64,000 nt of DNA from Octopus vulgaris (Eukaryota). A program made the position numbers and the translations under genes. Every line of letters starts with the position of its first letter. Position 1 is the stretch's first letter. Below the pieces are notes generated by a model that was given only the letters and a program-made list of their open reading frames with translations, searched no databases and was not told the origin of the DNA. Below are positions 1 through 11,265 of the stretch, piece by piece. The stretch covers positions 13,826,001 through 13,890,000 of the forward strand of contig OX597836.1 of NCBI GenBank assembly GCA_951406725.2, in the 5' to 3' direction.

Positions 1-248
1 TCAGAGACAAGGTATGAATATTTTAGACAAGGAAAATTTACAGTTTACAAGAAATAAAATTCACAGCTTATAAGGAATAAAATAGAAGAATAAAGGAGTA
101 AAATAGAAGAATATTGGCAGGAGAATAATGTAGTTCTTCCAACTACTTTTACTCTTTATTCTACTATTTCATTCTTTATAAACTGTGAATTTAATTTCTT
201 GTAAACTGTAAATTTTCCCTGTCTAAAATATTCATACTTTGTCTCTGA
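1..248. repeat. Imperfect fold-back inverted repeat (~105-bp arms), may extend beyond window start
   Basis: tcagagacaaggtatgaatattttagac... at 1 is the reverse complement of ...gtctaaaatattcatactttgtctctga ending at 248; several mismatches. Confidence 0.85.
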
Positions 249-316
249 TGGTGGAATGCCCAATGCATGAACATGCTAACCTACCACTTGGGCTATCCCA
301 GAAATAGCTGTAAGAC
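241..316 (+). ncRNA. Degenerate minimal hammerhead-ribozyme-like motif (Penelope-like element type)
   Basis: GTCT | CTGATGG | stem II TGGAATGCCCA...TGGGCTATCCCA | GAAA | TAGCTG | TA | AGAC. Stem I is GTCT/AGAC; core deviates from CUGAnGA at the last base. Confidence 0.5.
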
Positions 317-400
317 TTCAAATTCACCAAATTACCCTAACTAAATTATGCTCAATGACTTGAAATACTCGTTCTGTCTTGAATTTTTATTTTCCCTCTA

Positions 401-495
<95 letters not shown>

Positions 496-663
496 ACACA
501 CACACACACACATATATATATATAAACAGCTGTCATAGACTAACATTACTAGTTTGTGCTATATTTACCATTTGTTTGTAGCTAAATTTTTAGATTGAAT
601 TAAATAAAATCAAACGTCCTTGTCCTGCCTTGACTAATTGTTTGCTTTTCCTTGGTACTTTGA

Positions 664-705
<42 letters not shown>

Positions 706-748
706 GTACGCAGTTAAGGTGATACACAAGCTTTCCTTCTTCCTTTCT

Positions 749-1138
749 TAATTACCTCTGCCATAGAAAAGAGGTTATGTTTTCATCAGCGTTGGTTTGT
801 CCGTCTGTCGGTCTGTGTGCAAAATAACTCCAAAAGTTGTGAATGGTATTTGATGAAACTTGCAGGAAAAGTTAGTAATGACACAAGGAACAGATGACAA
901 AATTTTGGTAGTGATCCAGGAATTTTTATAGATTCTTGAAGGATTTTTCATTTGTTATATTTACTTTACATGAAGTATTACAATGTTACGTTCTTTGATT
1001 ATCTCCCTTGAAAACACATTCATCGTTTCCATGTAACCTATGGTGGCGTTGCTGTTTCCAAAGTTTATTTTCGTTTCTCTATTAGCAATTTTACTTGCAT
1101 ATCTATCTTAAAATGAGCCGCTTGGCGGAGGTCTGCGG
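749..1138 (+). mobile_element. Non-autonomous Helentron/HINE (DINE-1-like) element, 3'-truncated
   Basis: Subterminal inverted repeats ACCTCTGCCA (754-763) / TGGCGGAGGT (1123-1132), GAGGTTATGTTTTC after the left IR, (GTCY)n microsatellite and internal tttgatgaaacttg motif, all typical of this group. Confidence 0.7.
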
Positions 1139-1500
1139 AGGATGACATGACAAGCCTTGACTATTGGAATCAACTCAAAAAGCTCAGGCTCTGCTCCCTC
1201 CACCGCCACTGTGAGCTCTATATCATCTGTATGATGTGGAAAATATTCCATCAACATTGCCCATCTTTAAAATTCGTCCGAGGCTTGGCCCCTGTGCCAT
1301 CCGTCCACTATAGAAATGTTCATGTCGTATCAAAACACTATGACAGAACTATTTCACCTCAATTGGCCCTGCTCTCTTCAACATCGTGCCAGACACACAT
1401 AAAGGAGGAAAGTGACTTCACGGCATTCAAACGATCCCTAGATGATTACCCCCAACAAAAATACCAGATAAACCACTTCCAGCTTCAGAGAATCCGACCC
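1139..1500 (+). pseudogene. Decayed 3' end of a CR1/L2-group LINE ORF2
   Basis: LDYWNQLKKLRLCSLHRHCELYIICMMWKIF and frameshifted GPALFNIVP..IKEESDFTAFKRSLDDY resemble the conserved L.Y.ERL..L.L.SL..RR / LFN.LP / FK..LD C-terminal motifs. Confidence 0.7.
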
Positions 1501-1600
1501 AATAAACTGTCTGACCATTGCAAGCATGGAAGAAAGGGGCATTTGAAAGAGAGAGAGAGAGTGTGTGTGTGTGTGTACATGTGTCTCTTTATCTCTTTTA

Positions 1601-1811
1601 TCTCTTTTACTTGTTTCAGTCATTTGACTGTGGCCATGCTGGAGCACCGCCTTAAGTCGTGCAACTCGACCCCGGGACTTATTCTTTGTAAGCCCAGTAC
1701 TTATTCTATCGGTCTCTTTTGCCGAACCGCTAAGTAACAGAGACATAAACACACCAGCATCGGTTGTCAAGCAATGCTAGGGAGACAAACACAGACACAC
1801 AGACATACATG

Positions 1812-1843
<32 letters not shown>

Positions 1844-1973
1844 CATATATACGACGGGCTTCTTTCAGTTTCCGTCTACCAAATCCACTCACAAGGCTTT
1901 GGTCAGCCCGAGGCTATAGTAGAAGACACTTGCCCAAGGTGCCACGCAGTGGGACTGAACCCGGAACCATGTG
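1601..1973 (-). mobile_element. tRNA-derived SINE, family A (head truncated)
   Basis: Near-identical to the other family A copies; internal (TA)n(TG)n; tail GAAACAAGTAAAAGAG. Confidence 0.9.
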
Positions 1974-2546
1974 CATACATGCAATGTTATCGTTTCTTCC
2001 AGTCATGACCATCTTCACTTTCTTTGACAGTAAAGTGTGATTCGAGGAATATTTGGCTGTTGCCTCTAGCAATTAAAGCAACCATACAGAGGTTTCTGCA
2101 ATGGCTCAGAATAGTATACAAGATGTTGTAATGTTTTATATATTATACATGTGTGTGTGTACATGTGTGTGTGTGTGTGTACATGTATGTCTGTATATGT
2201 TTGCATATATGTATATGGTTGTGTGTGTGTGTGTGTGTGTATTGATGGTGTTTATGCACTTAATTACGTCCTCTTGCCGACCTTCTTCAATGATGGCCAT
2301 ATGATGAGGCTGCGATGAAAAGATGTGATTATCTTTGGAAAAGTTGATAAAAATTAACTGTTTCTATGACAAAGAAAAACCTGAAACTGGCCAGCTTCCA
2401 TTAATATTCTCTCCTCGTTTATTTTAGTTGGAGTGGTGGTGGTGGTGGTGGTCACTATTGGTATTTTGCTTTAGACAAGATTATACACACTGGCCATCTG
2501 TGTCTGGCAAAGGTTATACTGTGCGTGAGCATGTATACACAAATAA

Positions 2547-2549
<3 letters not shown>

Positions 2550-2581
<32 letters not shown>

Positions 2582-2610
2582 GAGAGAGAGAGATTGAGAT
2601 ACATATATAA

Positions 2611-2659
<49 letters not shown>

Positions 2660-2754
2660 CACATATACACATATATATACACATATATATACACACACAT
2701 ACATATATACACACATACACATATATATACACACACATACATATATACACACAT

Positions 2755-2814
<60 letters not shown>

Positions 2815-2835
2815 GCATGCACACACATATATATT
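2550..2835. repeat. Compound (TA)n/(CA)n/(GA)n microsatellite
   Basis: Direct reading. Confidence 0.95.
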
Positions 2836-3097
2836 TATTTGTAAGTCCATGTGTGCTTGTAGTGTTTTCATTGCAAAGTGGCTCTTGGTATATATACATG
2901 TATATATACATGTATATATATGTGTGTGTGTGATGTGTGCATCTTGATTGTATACATATGCATATGTGCATATTGAGTGTATGCATGTATGTATGCAGTT
3001 GTGAATTTGTATTTGTTTGCGTGTCTTTATGCATGAATATGTAATGTATATATGTGTATAGTTTTGTATGATGAATTTTTATCAGAATAAATGAGGA

Positions 3098-3134
<37 letters not shown>

Positions 3135-4551
3135 TGGTGACTAATTCTATGTTTATCAAATTCATCTTTCAATATTAAATTTTGTCAAGTAAAAAAAAAA
3201 TGTTGTTTTAGTTGTTGTTGGTGCTGTCGGTATTACTTGTATGCTGAGGTATACAACATAGCCATACTTCGGTAGTTATATGGTGCAACTAACAAAATCT
3301 TGTTAACCTCACACACACACATGAACACACACACGCACGCATGCACACAAATGTGTATGCATGCGTAAGTTGATGTATGAGTGTATAAACAAGCAAACTT
3401 GCTTTTGTGCATCTGTGTATGTGTGTGTGTGTGTATTTGTATTTGCGTGTGTGCGTGTATGTGTGTGTATATAGTGTATCACACAGTATGCAAGATTTCT
3501 AATGACATTTCGTTTCCGTATATTTGACACTGAGAATGAAGGGGGGAGAGAGAGGGGGGGTAGAGACGGCATGAGATTTAGGTAGAGGAGGAGGAGGCTG
3601 GATTTTCCGCATCTCATCACAACACATAAAGCAGAAATATCCATCCATTCAAGATAAATGAAGGTGATGATACAAGATGGTGGCGGCGGCGGTGGTGGTG
3701 GTGGTGGCAAAGGTGGAAGTGGTGGGATGTGGGGGGGGGGGGTAGAATTAGTGTGGCGTGATGCTAGTGTTTCAGTTAGATTTATAGAATTAGTAATATT
3801 TTCTCCTACACAAACTGGTGGATGAAGAACGCAGGGAATGGTGTCAATATGCAATGCCCGCCGGAGTTCCTTACATGGGGGAAAAAAGGGCCGGCTGGGG
3901 GGTGGGATGTCGTAGCTGAGAAGACCAATTTATAACCGAGTGGTACCATACTTGATGCCAATGTTGTGTACAGCCACTGGGGCAAGTCATGGCCCGATCA
4001 ATTTTGAGTATTGATCGTGCCGCAGAAACTGTGCAGAGGCTCCCTGTGAGCATAAAAATGTGTACTGTCATGCATGCACTAAAGTGCTCTAGCATGGTCA
4101 CAGTCCATGAATGAAACTAGTAAAAAAAAAAATAATGGATTGAGGGCTAAGTTAAGAGGAATGTTGTGGTGTATATGCCTTTCTTTCTCTAGGGTAAGTG
4201 GACAGGTTCCAACTGTGAAAGAGGAAGTGAATTAGAAACTCCCTTTGCATTAGAACTTAGATGATCACTTTCATAAGATGACAGATTCCAGTGTATAGAT
4301 CTAGCATGCCTCTGCATGCAAGTGTGTGTGTGTATGTAAATATATGTGTGTGGGTGCTTGTTAGTGTTTGTATGTATATATGTATGTATTTATAAATGAG
4401 GGTGAAAAATTGATATTAATTTAATAATACCATTAATTTAACACCAAGTGGCTTAGCACAAAAAACTAGGGAGAAAATACAAATTTATACATAAATTATT
4501 AGAGAGTTACCACTATGTGGATAGCTCTAGTGCTAAAAATAGCTCCGATAG

Positions 4552-4784
4552 TATAGCCACAGAAAAGATGTTTCCAATTAGAAATAACATTACATTTAAC
4601 GGAAGGAAAGTGAAACTTAACGAATAAATAGATTGACCCTGAACAAATTGTTTCATTACTAATGTAATATGTAATTTGTAATATGTAATTTGTTCAGGGT
4701 CAATCTATTTATTCGTTAAGTTTCACTTTCCTTCCGTTAAATGTAATGTTATTTCAAATTGGAAACATCTTTTCTGTGGCTATA
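4552..4784. repeat. Fold-back inverted repeat, 98-bp arms, 37-bp spacer
   Basis: 4552-4649 is the reverse complement of 4687-4784, one mismatch seen. Confidence 0.92.
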
Positions 4785-5612
4785 TATGTATGTATGTATG
4801 TTTGTAATTCAACACTCACTATTTAAACAGTGAGTAACAAGCTCTTAAAGATATCGGTATGAAAACTGCCTTTAAGTGAAAAACTCCCATCAAAGTCATG
4901 TTTGTAAGCTTATAAAACATCTAATCATTAAAGTGGGAAAATTATCAGAAAAGCCATTTCTATTCGTTTTTGCAAATACACACACACACACACACACGCA
5001 CATACACACACACGTATGTGTAAATTGTGCATCTTTGCATATAAATGCATATGTACATTTATTTGTGTAGAAAACAAAACACAAGATTTTCTAAAATATA
5101 TTAAATTAAATCGTCTTTGGCTCATTTCATTAACGTAAGGCAGTGCCCCAGCATGGTCACAGTCCTTTGACTGAAACAAGTAACAGGTAACGGATAAGGT
5201 CATCATTAGTTACATAATGTCAAATCATCAGAGATGTGTAACTTTTACACTTGGATGTTATTGGATTGAAAAGTGTTGACAGAATTCCCCATTGTGGAGA
5301 TGGCAAGGAAGAAAGGAAGGAAGGATGGATAGACAGATACACTAACACCCCCTCCCCACATATATATATATATATATATCTAATGTAGGATAAAATTTCT
5401 TCGAAAAAAAAGTTTATCAATGGGCAACATATTAAAAAAATACCTTTAAAGGTTAAATTTATAAACAACTTATAAATAAGAGCAAACAAAGAAATTTCTA
5501 ATGCCAAATATACCGAAATTAGACTCATTGTCCATAACCATATAATTTAACACAATAAACACGCTACTTGAAAAAGGTCGACAGAAACTTCTAAAAAATT
5601 CCCTTATTACCA

Positions 5613-5665
5613 TATCGGACAGATTTCAGGGTTAGTTCATAAGAACCCTCCCTTCGTCAGTGATA
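5613..5665 (-). ncRNA. Minimal hammerhead-ribozyme-like motif with intact core
   Basis: Minus strand reads TATCA | CTGACGA | AGGG AGGGTT-cttatgaact-AACCCT | GAAA | TCTG | TC | CGATA: CUGAnGA, stem II, GAAA and GUC triplet present; stem I TATC/GATA. Confidence 0.65.
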
Positions 5666-5707
5666 AATGTGGCAAAATATAAATATATATATATAAATAT
5701 ATATATA

Positions 5708-5758
5708 CTTTATTTAAAGCAGCAGAAAATTCAACAAAATCTGCTGCTTTAAATAAAG
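5708..5758. repeat. Perfect 19-bp-arm hairpin between (TA)n tracts
   Basis: CTTTATTTAAAGCAGCAGA / TCTGCTGCTTTAAATAAAG. Confidence 0.85.
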
Positions 5759-5831
5759 CATATTACTCTACTACTGGTATTTGAGTACTCTTTTTTCCAC
5801 CTTGTTTCACATTTATGTGTTTACTCCGGTG

Positions 5832-5874
<43 letters not shown>

Positions 5875-6241
5875 AATATTTTTTTATAATTATAAGTATA
5901 ATTATAATTAGGATTCAGCAAAAAATTTGCTTCACCACATACCGAACTTTAGAAATAGCAGCCCAAGAACCTAGCTATTTATTCTACTATAAGAAGAATC
6001 TCCCAGACAACTTATACTCAAAAACAATTCATGTAGGCAGAGAGGAAAAATAACGAAAATTCACTCGACATTTGATCAACTGTGGATGCGCTTCTGAGTT
6101 CGATAGATACAGAAAATGCAAAAATCACATCTCCATTCTTCTTACCACACAGCCATGTCTGTACTTGTTTTCTCTTTACAGAATTATCAAAATAACAACA
6201 AAACTGTCTTCAGAGAAGTATCAGATGGTGTAAATATGTCT

Positions 6242-6815
6242 CTGGCAGAAACGTTAGCACGCTGGGCAAAATGCTTAGCGGTATTTCGTCTGCCGCTACG
6301 TTCGGAGTTCAAATTCCGCCAAGGTCGACTTTGCCTTTCATCCTTTCGGGGTCGATTAAATAAGTACCAGTTACGCACTGGGGTCGATGTAATTGACTTA
6401 ATCCGTTTGTCTGTCCTTGTTTGTCCCCTCTATGTTTAGCCCCTTGTGGGTAATAAAGAAATAGGTATTTCGTCTGTCTTTACGTTCTGAGTTCAAATTC
6501 CACCGAGGTCAACTTTGCCTTTCATCCTTTCGGGGTCGATAAATTAAGTACCAGTTATGCACTGGGGGGTCGACATAATTGACTTAATCCCTTTGTCTGT
6601 CCTTGTTTGTTCCCTCTGTGTTTAGCCCCTTGTGGGTAGTAAAGAAATAGGTATTTCATCTGTCTTTACGTTCTCAGTTCAAACTCCACCGAGGTTGACT
6701 TTGCCCTTCATCCTTTCGGGGTCGATAAATTAAGTACCATTTGCAGACTGGGGTCAATCTAATCGACTGGCCGCCTCCCCCAAAATTTCGGGCCTTGTGC
6801 CTACAGTAGAAAAGA
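6242..6815 (+). mobile_element. SINE family E, head plus three tandem body units (~185-bp period)
   Basis: GGTATTTC-starting units at 6280, 6464, 6650; B-box-like GAGTTCAAATTCC; central GCCTTTCATCCTTTCGGGGTCGATAAA; flanks AAATATGTCTCT / AAATATGTTTCT. Confidence 0.88.
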
Positions 6816-7152
6816 AATATGTTTCTTTAATTTTTAGTGTAGGTGGCATCAGTAAGCTAGCACAATCTGACAGCTGGTTTTGCTTAGTAGTACCCATTGT
6901 GGGCTGACTGATGACAGCAGTTGAATTCTCATCATAGACCTGTCATTGATAGTGATATCTTTAGCAACAGCACCATGCTCAATGTCAACAGGTGTAGCAG
7001 GAGCAACACCCTCCCCCTTCCATCAGGAATACTTTTAGTATACCTTAAGCTCTGAGCACACAAATACAACCTACAACTACATCCCTACACACACACACAC
7101 ACACACACACACATATCTTGATATGTACCACTTACATTAGACTAAAACTTTT

Positions 7153-7549
7153 TATTCTTTTGCTTGTTTCAATCATTTGACTGCAGCCATGCTGGAGCAC
7201 CACCTTTAGTCGAACAAATCAACCCCAGGTTTATTCTTTGTAAGCCTAGTACTTATTCTATCGGTCTCTTTTGCCAAACCACTAAGTGACAGGGACATAA
7301 ACACACCAACATCAGTTGTCAAGTGATGGTGGGGTACAAACACAGACACAAGTAACAAACACACATACATACATATATATATATATATACGAGGGGCTTC
7401 TTTCAGTTTCCACCTACCAAATCCACTCACAAGGCTTTGGTCGGCCTGAGACTATAGTAAAAGACACTTGCCCAAGGTGCCATGTAGTGGGACTAAACCC
7501 AGAACCATGTGGTTAGGAAGCAAGCTTCTTACCACACAGCCACTCCTGC
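7153..7549 (-). mobile_element. SINE family A, full length
   Basis: A-box-like TGGCTGTGTGG, B-box-like GGTTTAGTCCC, CORE-like ACCTTGGGCAAGT, family tail. Confidence 0.9.
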
Positions 7550-7659
7550 AGTAACTTTTACATTAAAACAACCACCTTTCACCTTATGTATATGTGTGTT
7601 TGTGTGTTTGTGTGTCTGTGTCTACACACACACACACACACACATACAGGAGCATTTAC

Positions 7660-7970
7660 CTGTATTGATGCACGATGTGCCACATATCAGATGCTAAATC
7701 AATCGCAGATTTGAGATCAGAATGGCCTTCGCCTAGTCTAGTTGCTCAAAAGCTACAAGACCCAGACTGCTCTATGAGTAAGTAGATATTGATAGTGCAC
7801 ACCAGCTAAGGGACTGTCAACAACCACAAACCTGGTTTTATATCAGAGCTTGCCATCCACATAGGAAATGACCCACAAGCACTTGAGCAAACTGAGTCCT
7901 CAATTTGTTCCCTTTGCTAAAAGATTTGCAAAGCACCAGCGGGTCTCAAGAGACACATTCGTGTCCCTAG
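7660..7970 (+). pseudogene. Decayed C2H2 zinc-finger-encoding LINE tail fragment
   Basis: 7906-7968 translates CSLC*KICKAPAGLKRHIRVP, similar to the fingers at 31.6-31.9 kb; contains a stop codon. Confidence 0.5.
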
Positions 7971-8122
7971 AACATGATTTAATGCTTTGTTTTACAGAAC
8001 CCTCATTTGTTGTTCACTCAAGGTGCTGTGCAATGGCACTGAACCTGGGACCATGGGGTTGTGAAGTAAATTTCTTACTGCACATCCACACATCCATTGT
8101 AATATTATATTATGTGTATGTG

Positions 8123-8172
<50 letters not shown>

Positions 8173-8181
8173 TTTACTTAT

Positions 8182-8297
8182 TTACTCATACACTGATGAT
8201 GTAGATGATCTTCATCCTATATCTGTCTCCCCTTGCAAGCTCAGGGGAAACATGTATGTGTGTGTGTGGTGTGTGTGTGTGTGGTGTGTGTGTGTGT

Positions 8298-8338
<41 letters not shown>

Positions 8339-8433
8339 ATTTCTTAACTCATACATTAATGATGTAGATGATCTTCATCCTATACTTGTTTCCCCTTGCA
8401 AGCTCAGGGGAAACATTGTATGTGTGTGTGTGT
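8182..8433. repeat. Tandem duplication of a ~75-bp unit separated by (GT)n
   Basis: actcatacact/ttaatgatgtagatgatcttcatcctata...ccccttgcaagctcaggggaaacat at ~8184 and ~8347. Confidence 0.88.
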
Positions 8434-9024
8434 GTGGACATACAGCAATGTACAACTCCCATTACTCATAAAAGCTACAATAATTCAGGCTCTGGCCCGA
8501 GGAGTCTCATGTCACAGATCACAGTTTCGTGCTTTTGCTATAATCCAAATACAAAGATGGGGGTAGAGGGACACGAAAAATAAATAAAATAAAATAAAAT
8601 AAATAAATAAAGACAAAAAAAAAACATGCAAAGTTTTCAAGCGGAGTCAAAATCATTTTAAAACGTTGCAAAGGTGGGATAAACGGATGTGATCACTTGG
8701 ATGAACTAGAAATCAGATAGGAAGCATTTCAAATCACAAAGGAAACACTTCTTGGAAATACAAAGCTTCAGACGGAAGCCACGTTACATTCTTCAACAGT
8801 GGTAATGAGTTACAGGATGTCATGCCAAAATCATTGGGTTTCATTAAGAATGTTTAACGATACTTATTTATGTAGGCATGGGAGAAAGACATTTTAGATA
8901 ACTAATATGCATAAGATCATTTTTGAATAAGACAGATTAAAATCTGGCATTTTTATCATTCTTAATTATTGTCACTATCATCATCATTTAACATCCATAT
9001 GCCATGCTGTTATATATTGAATAT

Positions 9025-9280
9025 ATCAAAATAAGCAACAAGTATATCTTAGGTAATTTGGTACGATTGTTTCATGCTACTTCATTTTATTAAACATTGT
9101 AAGTATTACATCAGTTTTAAAATGTTGAGCAATCTTCAGCCATTTATAAGACTTCTTATAAATGGCTGAAGATTGCTCAACATTTTAAAACTGATGTAAT
9201 ACTTACAATGTTTAATAAAATGAAGTAGCATGAAACAATCGTACCAAATTACCTAAGATATACTTGTTGCTTATTTTGAT
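9025..9280. repeat. Apparently perfect 256-bp palindrome (127-bp arms, 2-nt loop)
   Basis: Symmetry centre CATTTATAAGA-CT-TCTTATAAATG at 9152/9153; outer ends ATCAAAATAAGC / GCTTATTTTGAT. Confidence 0.95.
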
Positions 9281-9382
9281 TATAATCACCCCATGGATTT
9301 ATATGGATAATACCATACAAAATTCTGGTGCCTCTGACTTAAGTACCATATTCATCTGAATTTAAATTTTGCTGAACTTATA

Positions 9383-9440
<58 letters not shown>

Positions 9441-10049
9441 AGTGTCTTTGTGTCTGTGTTTGTCCCTCATCACTGCTTGACAACAAGTGTTGGTGTGTTT
9501 ACACCCTCGTACTTAGAGATTTGGCAAAAGAGAGACCAATAGAATAAGTATAAGACTTAAAAAATAAGTCCTGGGAGGTCGATTTGTTCAACTTAAACTC
9601 TTCAAGGTGGTGCTCCAGCATGGCCGCAGTCAAATGACTGAAACAAGTAGAAGAATAAAGAATATGTGACAGGCAAAATGCTCCTAAGCATTTTGCTTCA
9701 TGTGTTAACGATTCTACCAGCTTACCATCTTCCACACACACAAAACAATAAAAGGATTGTCAGTTTAGCATGGGTTACAGGGTAAACTGTACCCCCTGCT
9801 ACCTACATACATTACAAATGAATCAATCCCTAACAAAAGAAGAAAGGATCAAATCTCATTCTCTCTCTGTATTCACTATTACAGAGCCGTTTAATAGATC
9901 AAGAAATAAAGGTATGTTTGCTATTCTTTCTAAATAGGTTAACTCACAAAACCCATTGATAATCACAAGGACTTTTTACTTTGTCTTCTTTAGAATTTAT
10001 TTTGCTTTTTACATCATGTATATTTGTGAATAAAAATCTCACTGGTAAT

Positions 10050-10448
10050 ATGTTTACGCCTCAGGGAGGTGAGGCGGATGAGTTCCTTTCGAGTGGGCCT
10101 CACAGAGGCGTGGTGGCTGAGCTCCAAAAGGCACAGTGGCCAAGCTCCTTTTGAGTGTTGGGCCTCAAGGAGGCAACAACCTAGACCATTGGCATTATGT
10201 TGTGCTTGAGAAGAGCCATCAAGCCAAGCAAAATTGCAGTCATGGCAGATACTAGTGTCACACAAATGGTACGCATGCTGGTGGTACGTAATAGCGTCCA
10301 TTACACTCTTGGAGTTGTTGGCATTAGGAAGGACATCCAACTGTAGAAAATCATGCCAAATTACACTGGATCCTGGCGCAGCCTTCCAGTGTGCCAGCCC
10401 AGTCAAACCGTCCAACCCGAGCCAGCATGGACAACAGACGTTAAATGA
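10050..10448 (+). mobile_element. Retroposon family B ((GAT)n-tailed), long diverged copy
   Basis: Shares GTTGGCATTAGGAAGG.CATCCA.CTGTAGAAA...CCGTCCAACCC..GCCAGCATGG...GACGTTAAATGA with >12 other copies. Confidence 0.8.
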
Positions 10449-10484
10449 CTGAAACAAGTCAAAGATATACATACATATATATAC

Positions 10485-10755
10485 ATATATATAAAATATT
10501 AGAAAAAAACTACCTTTTATCAATTCAAAATGAATAATTAAATTACACCATCTAGAAAATTACAAATAATAGAAAAGTTAAAATTAAAATAACAATTATA
10601 TACATTATATTATTCTTGTAATTTACTTAATCTTTACTTTTTAATTGTTATTTTAATTTTAACTTTTCTATTATATGTAATTTTCTAGATGGTGTAATTT
10701 AATTATTCATTTTGAATTGATAAAAGGTGGGTTTTTTCTGATATTTTATATATAT
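10485..10755. repeat. Fold-back inverted repeat, ~114-bp arms, 43-bp spacer
   Basis: 10485-10598 vs 10642-10755, a few mismatches. Confidence 0.9.
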
Positions 10756-10852
10756 ATTATATTGTGTGGAATTTAATTTAGTATTTCTAAATTGAATTCT
10801 TTTTCCTTGTAAGTTTGGATTTTATTCCCTTAAATAATAATTATTATATATA

Positions 10853-11265
10853 GGCGCAGTAGTGGCTGTGTGGTAAGTAGCTTGTTTACCAACCACATGG
10901 TTTCGGGTTCAGTCCCACTGTGTGGCACCTTGGGCAAGTGTCTTCTACAATAGCCTCGGGCCAACCAAAGCCTTGTGAGTGGATTTGGTAGACAGAAACT
11001 GAAAGAAGCCCGTCGTATATATATATATATATACATATATATATGCGTGTGTGTGTTTGTGTGTCTGTGTTTGTCCCCCTAGCATTGCTTGACAACCGAT
11101 GCTGGTGTGTTTATGTCCCCGTTACTTAGCGGTTCGGCAAAAGAGACCGATAGAATAAGTACTGGGCCTACAAAGAATAAGTCCCGGGGTCGATTTGCTC
11201 GACTAAAGGCGGTGCTCCAGCATGGCCGCAGTCAAATGACTGAAACAAGTAAAAGAGTAAAGAGT
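10853..11265 (+). mobile_element. SINE family A, full length, flanked by 99-bp direct repeats
   Basis: Head GGCGCAGTAGTGGCTGTGTGG...GGGTTCAGTCCC; tail AAGTAAAAGAGTAAAGAG; duplication 10754-10852 / 11273-11371. Confidence 0.92.

Noticed and set aside
1774-2040. Recurrent peptides such as [30 protein letters not shown] and [19 protein letters not shown] in many ORFs
   Set aside because: Translations of SINE family A; frame and stops vary among copies
2455-3172. Long overlapping ORFs rich in YI/CV/HT (also 18.7-19.2, 38.3-39.1, 40-41.4, 59.5-59.9, 63.0-63.6 kb)
   Set aside because: Translations of (TA)n, (CA)n and (GATA)n microsatellites, open in several frames at once
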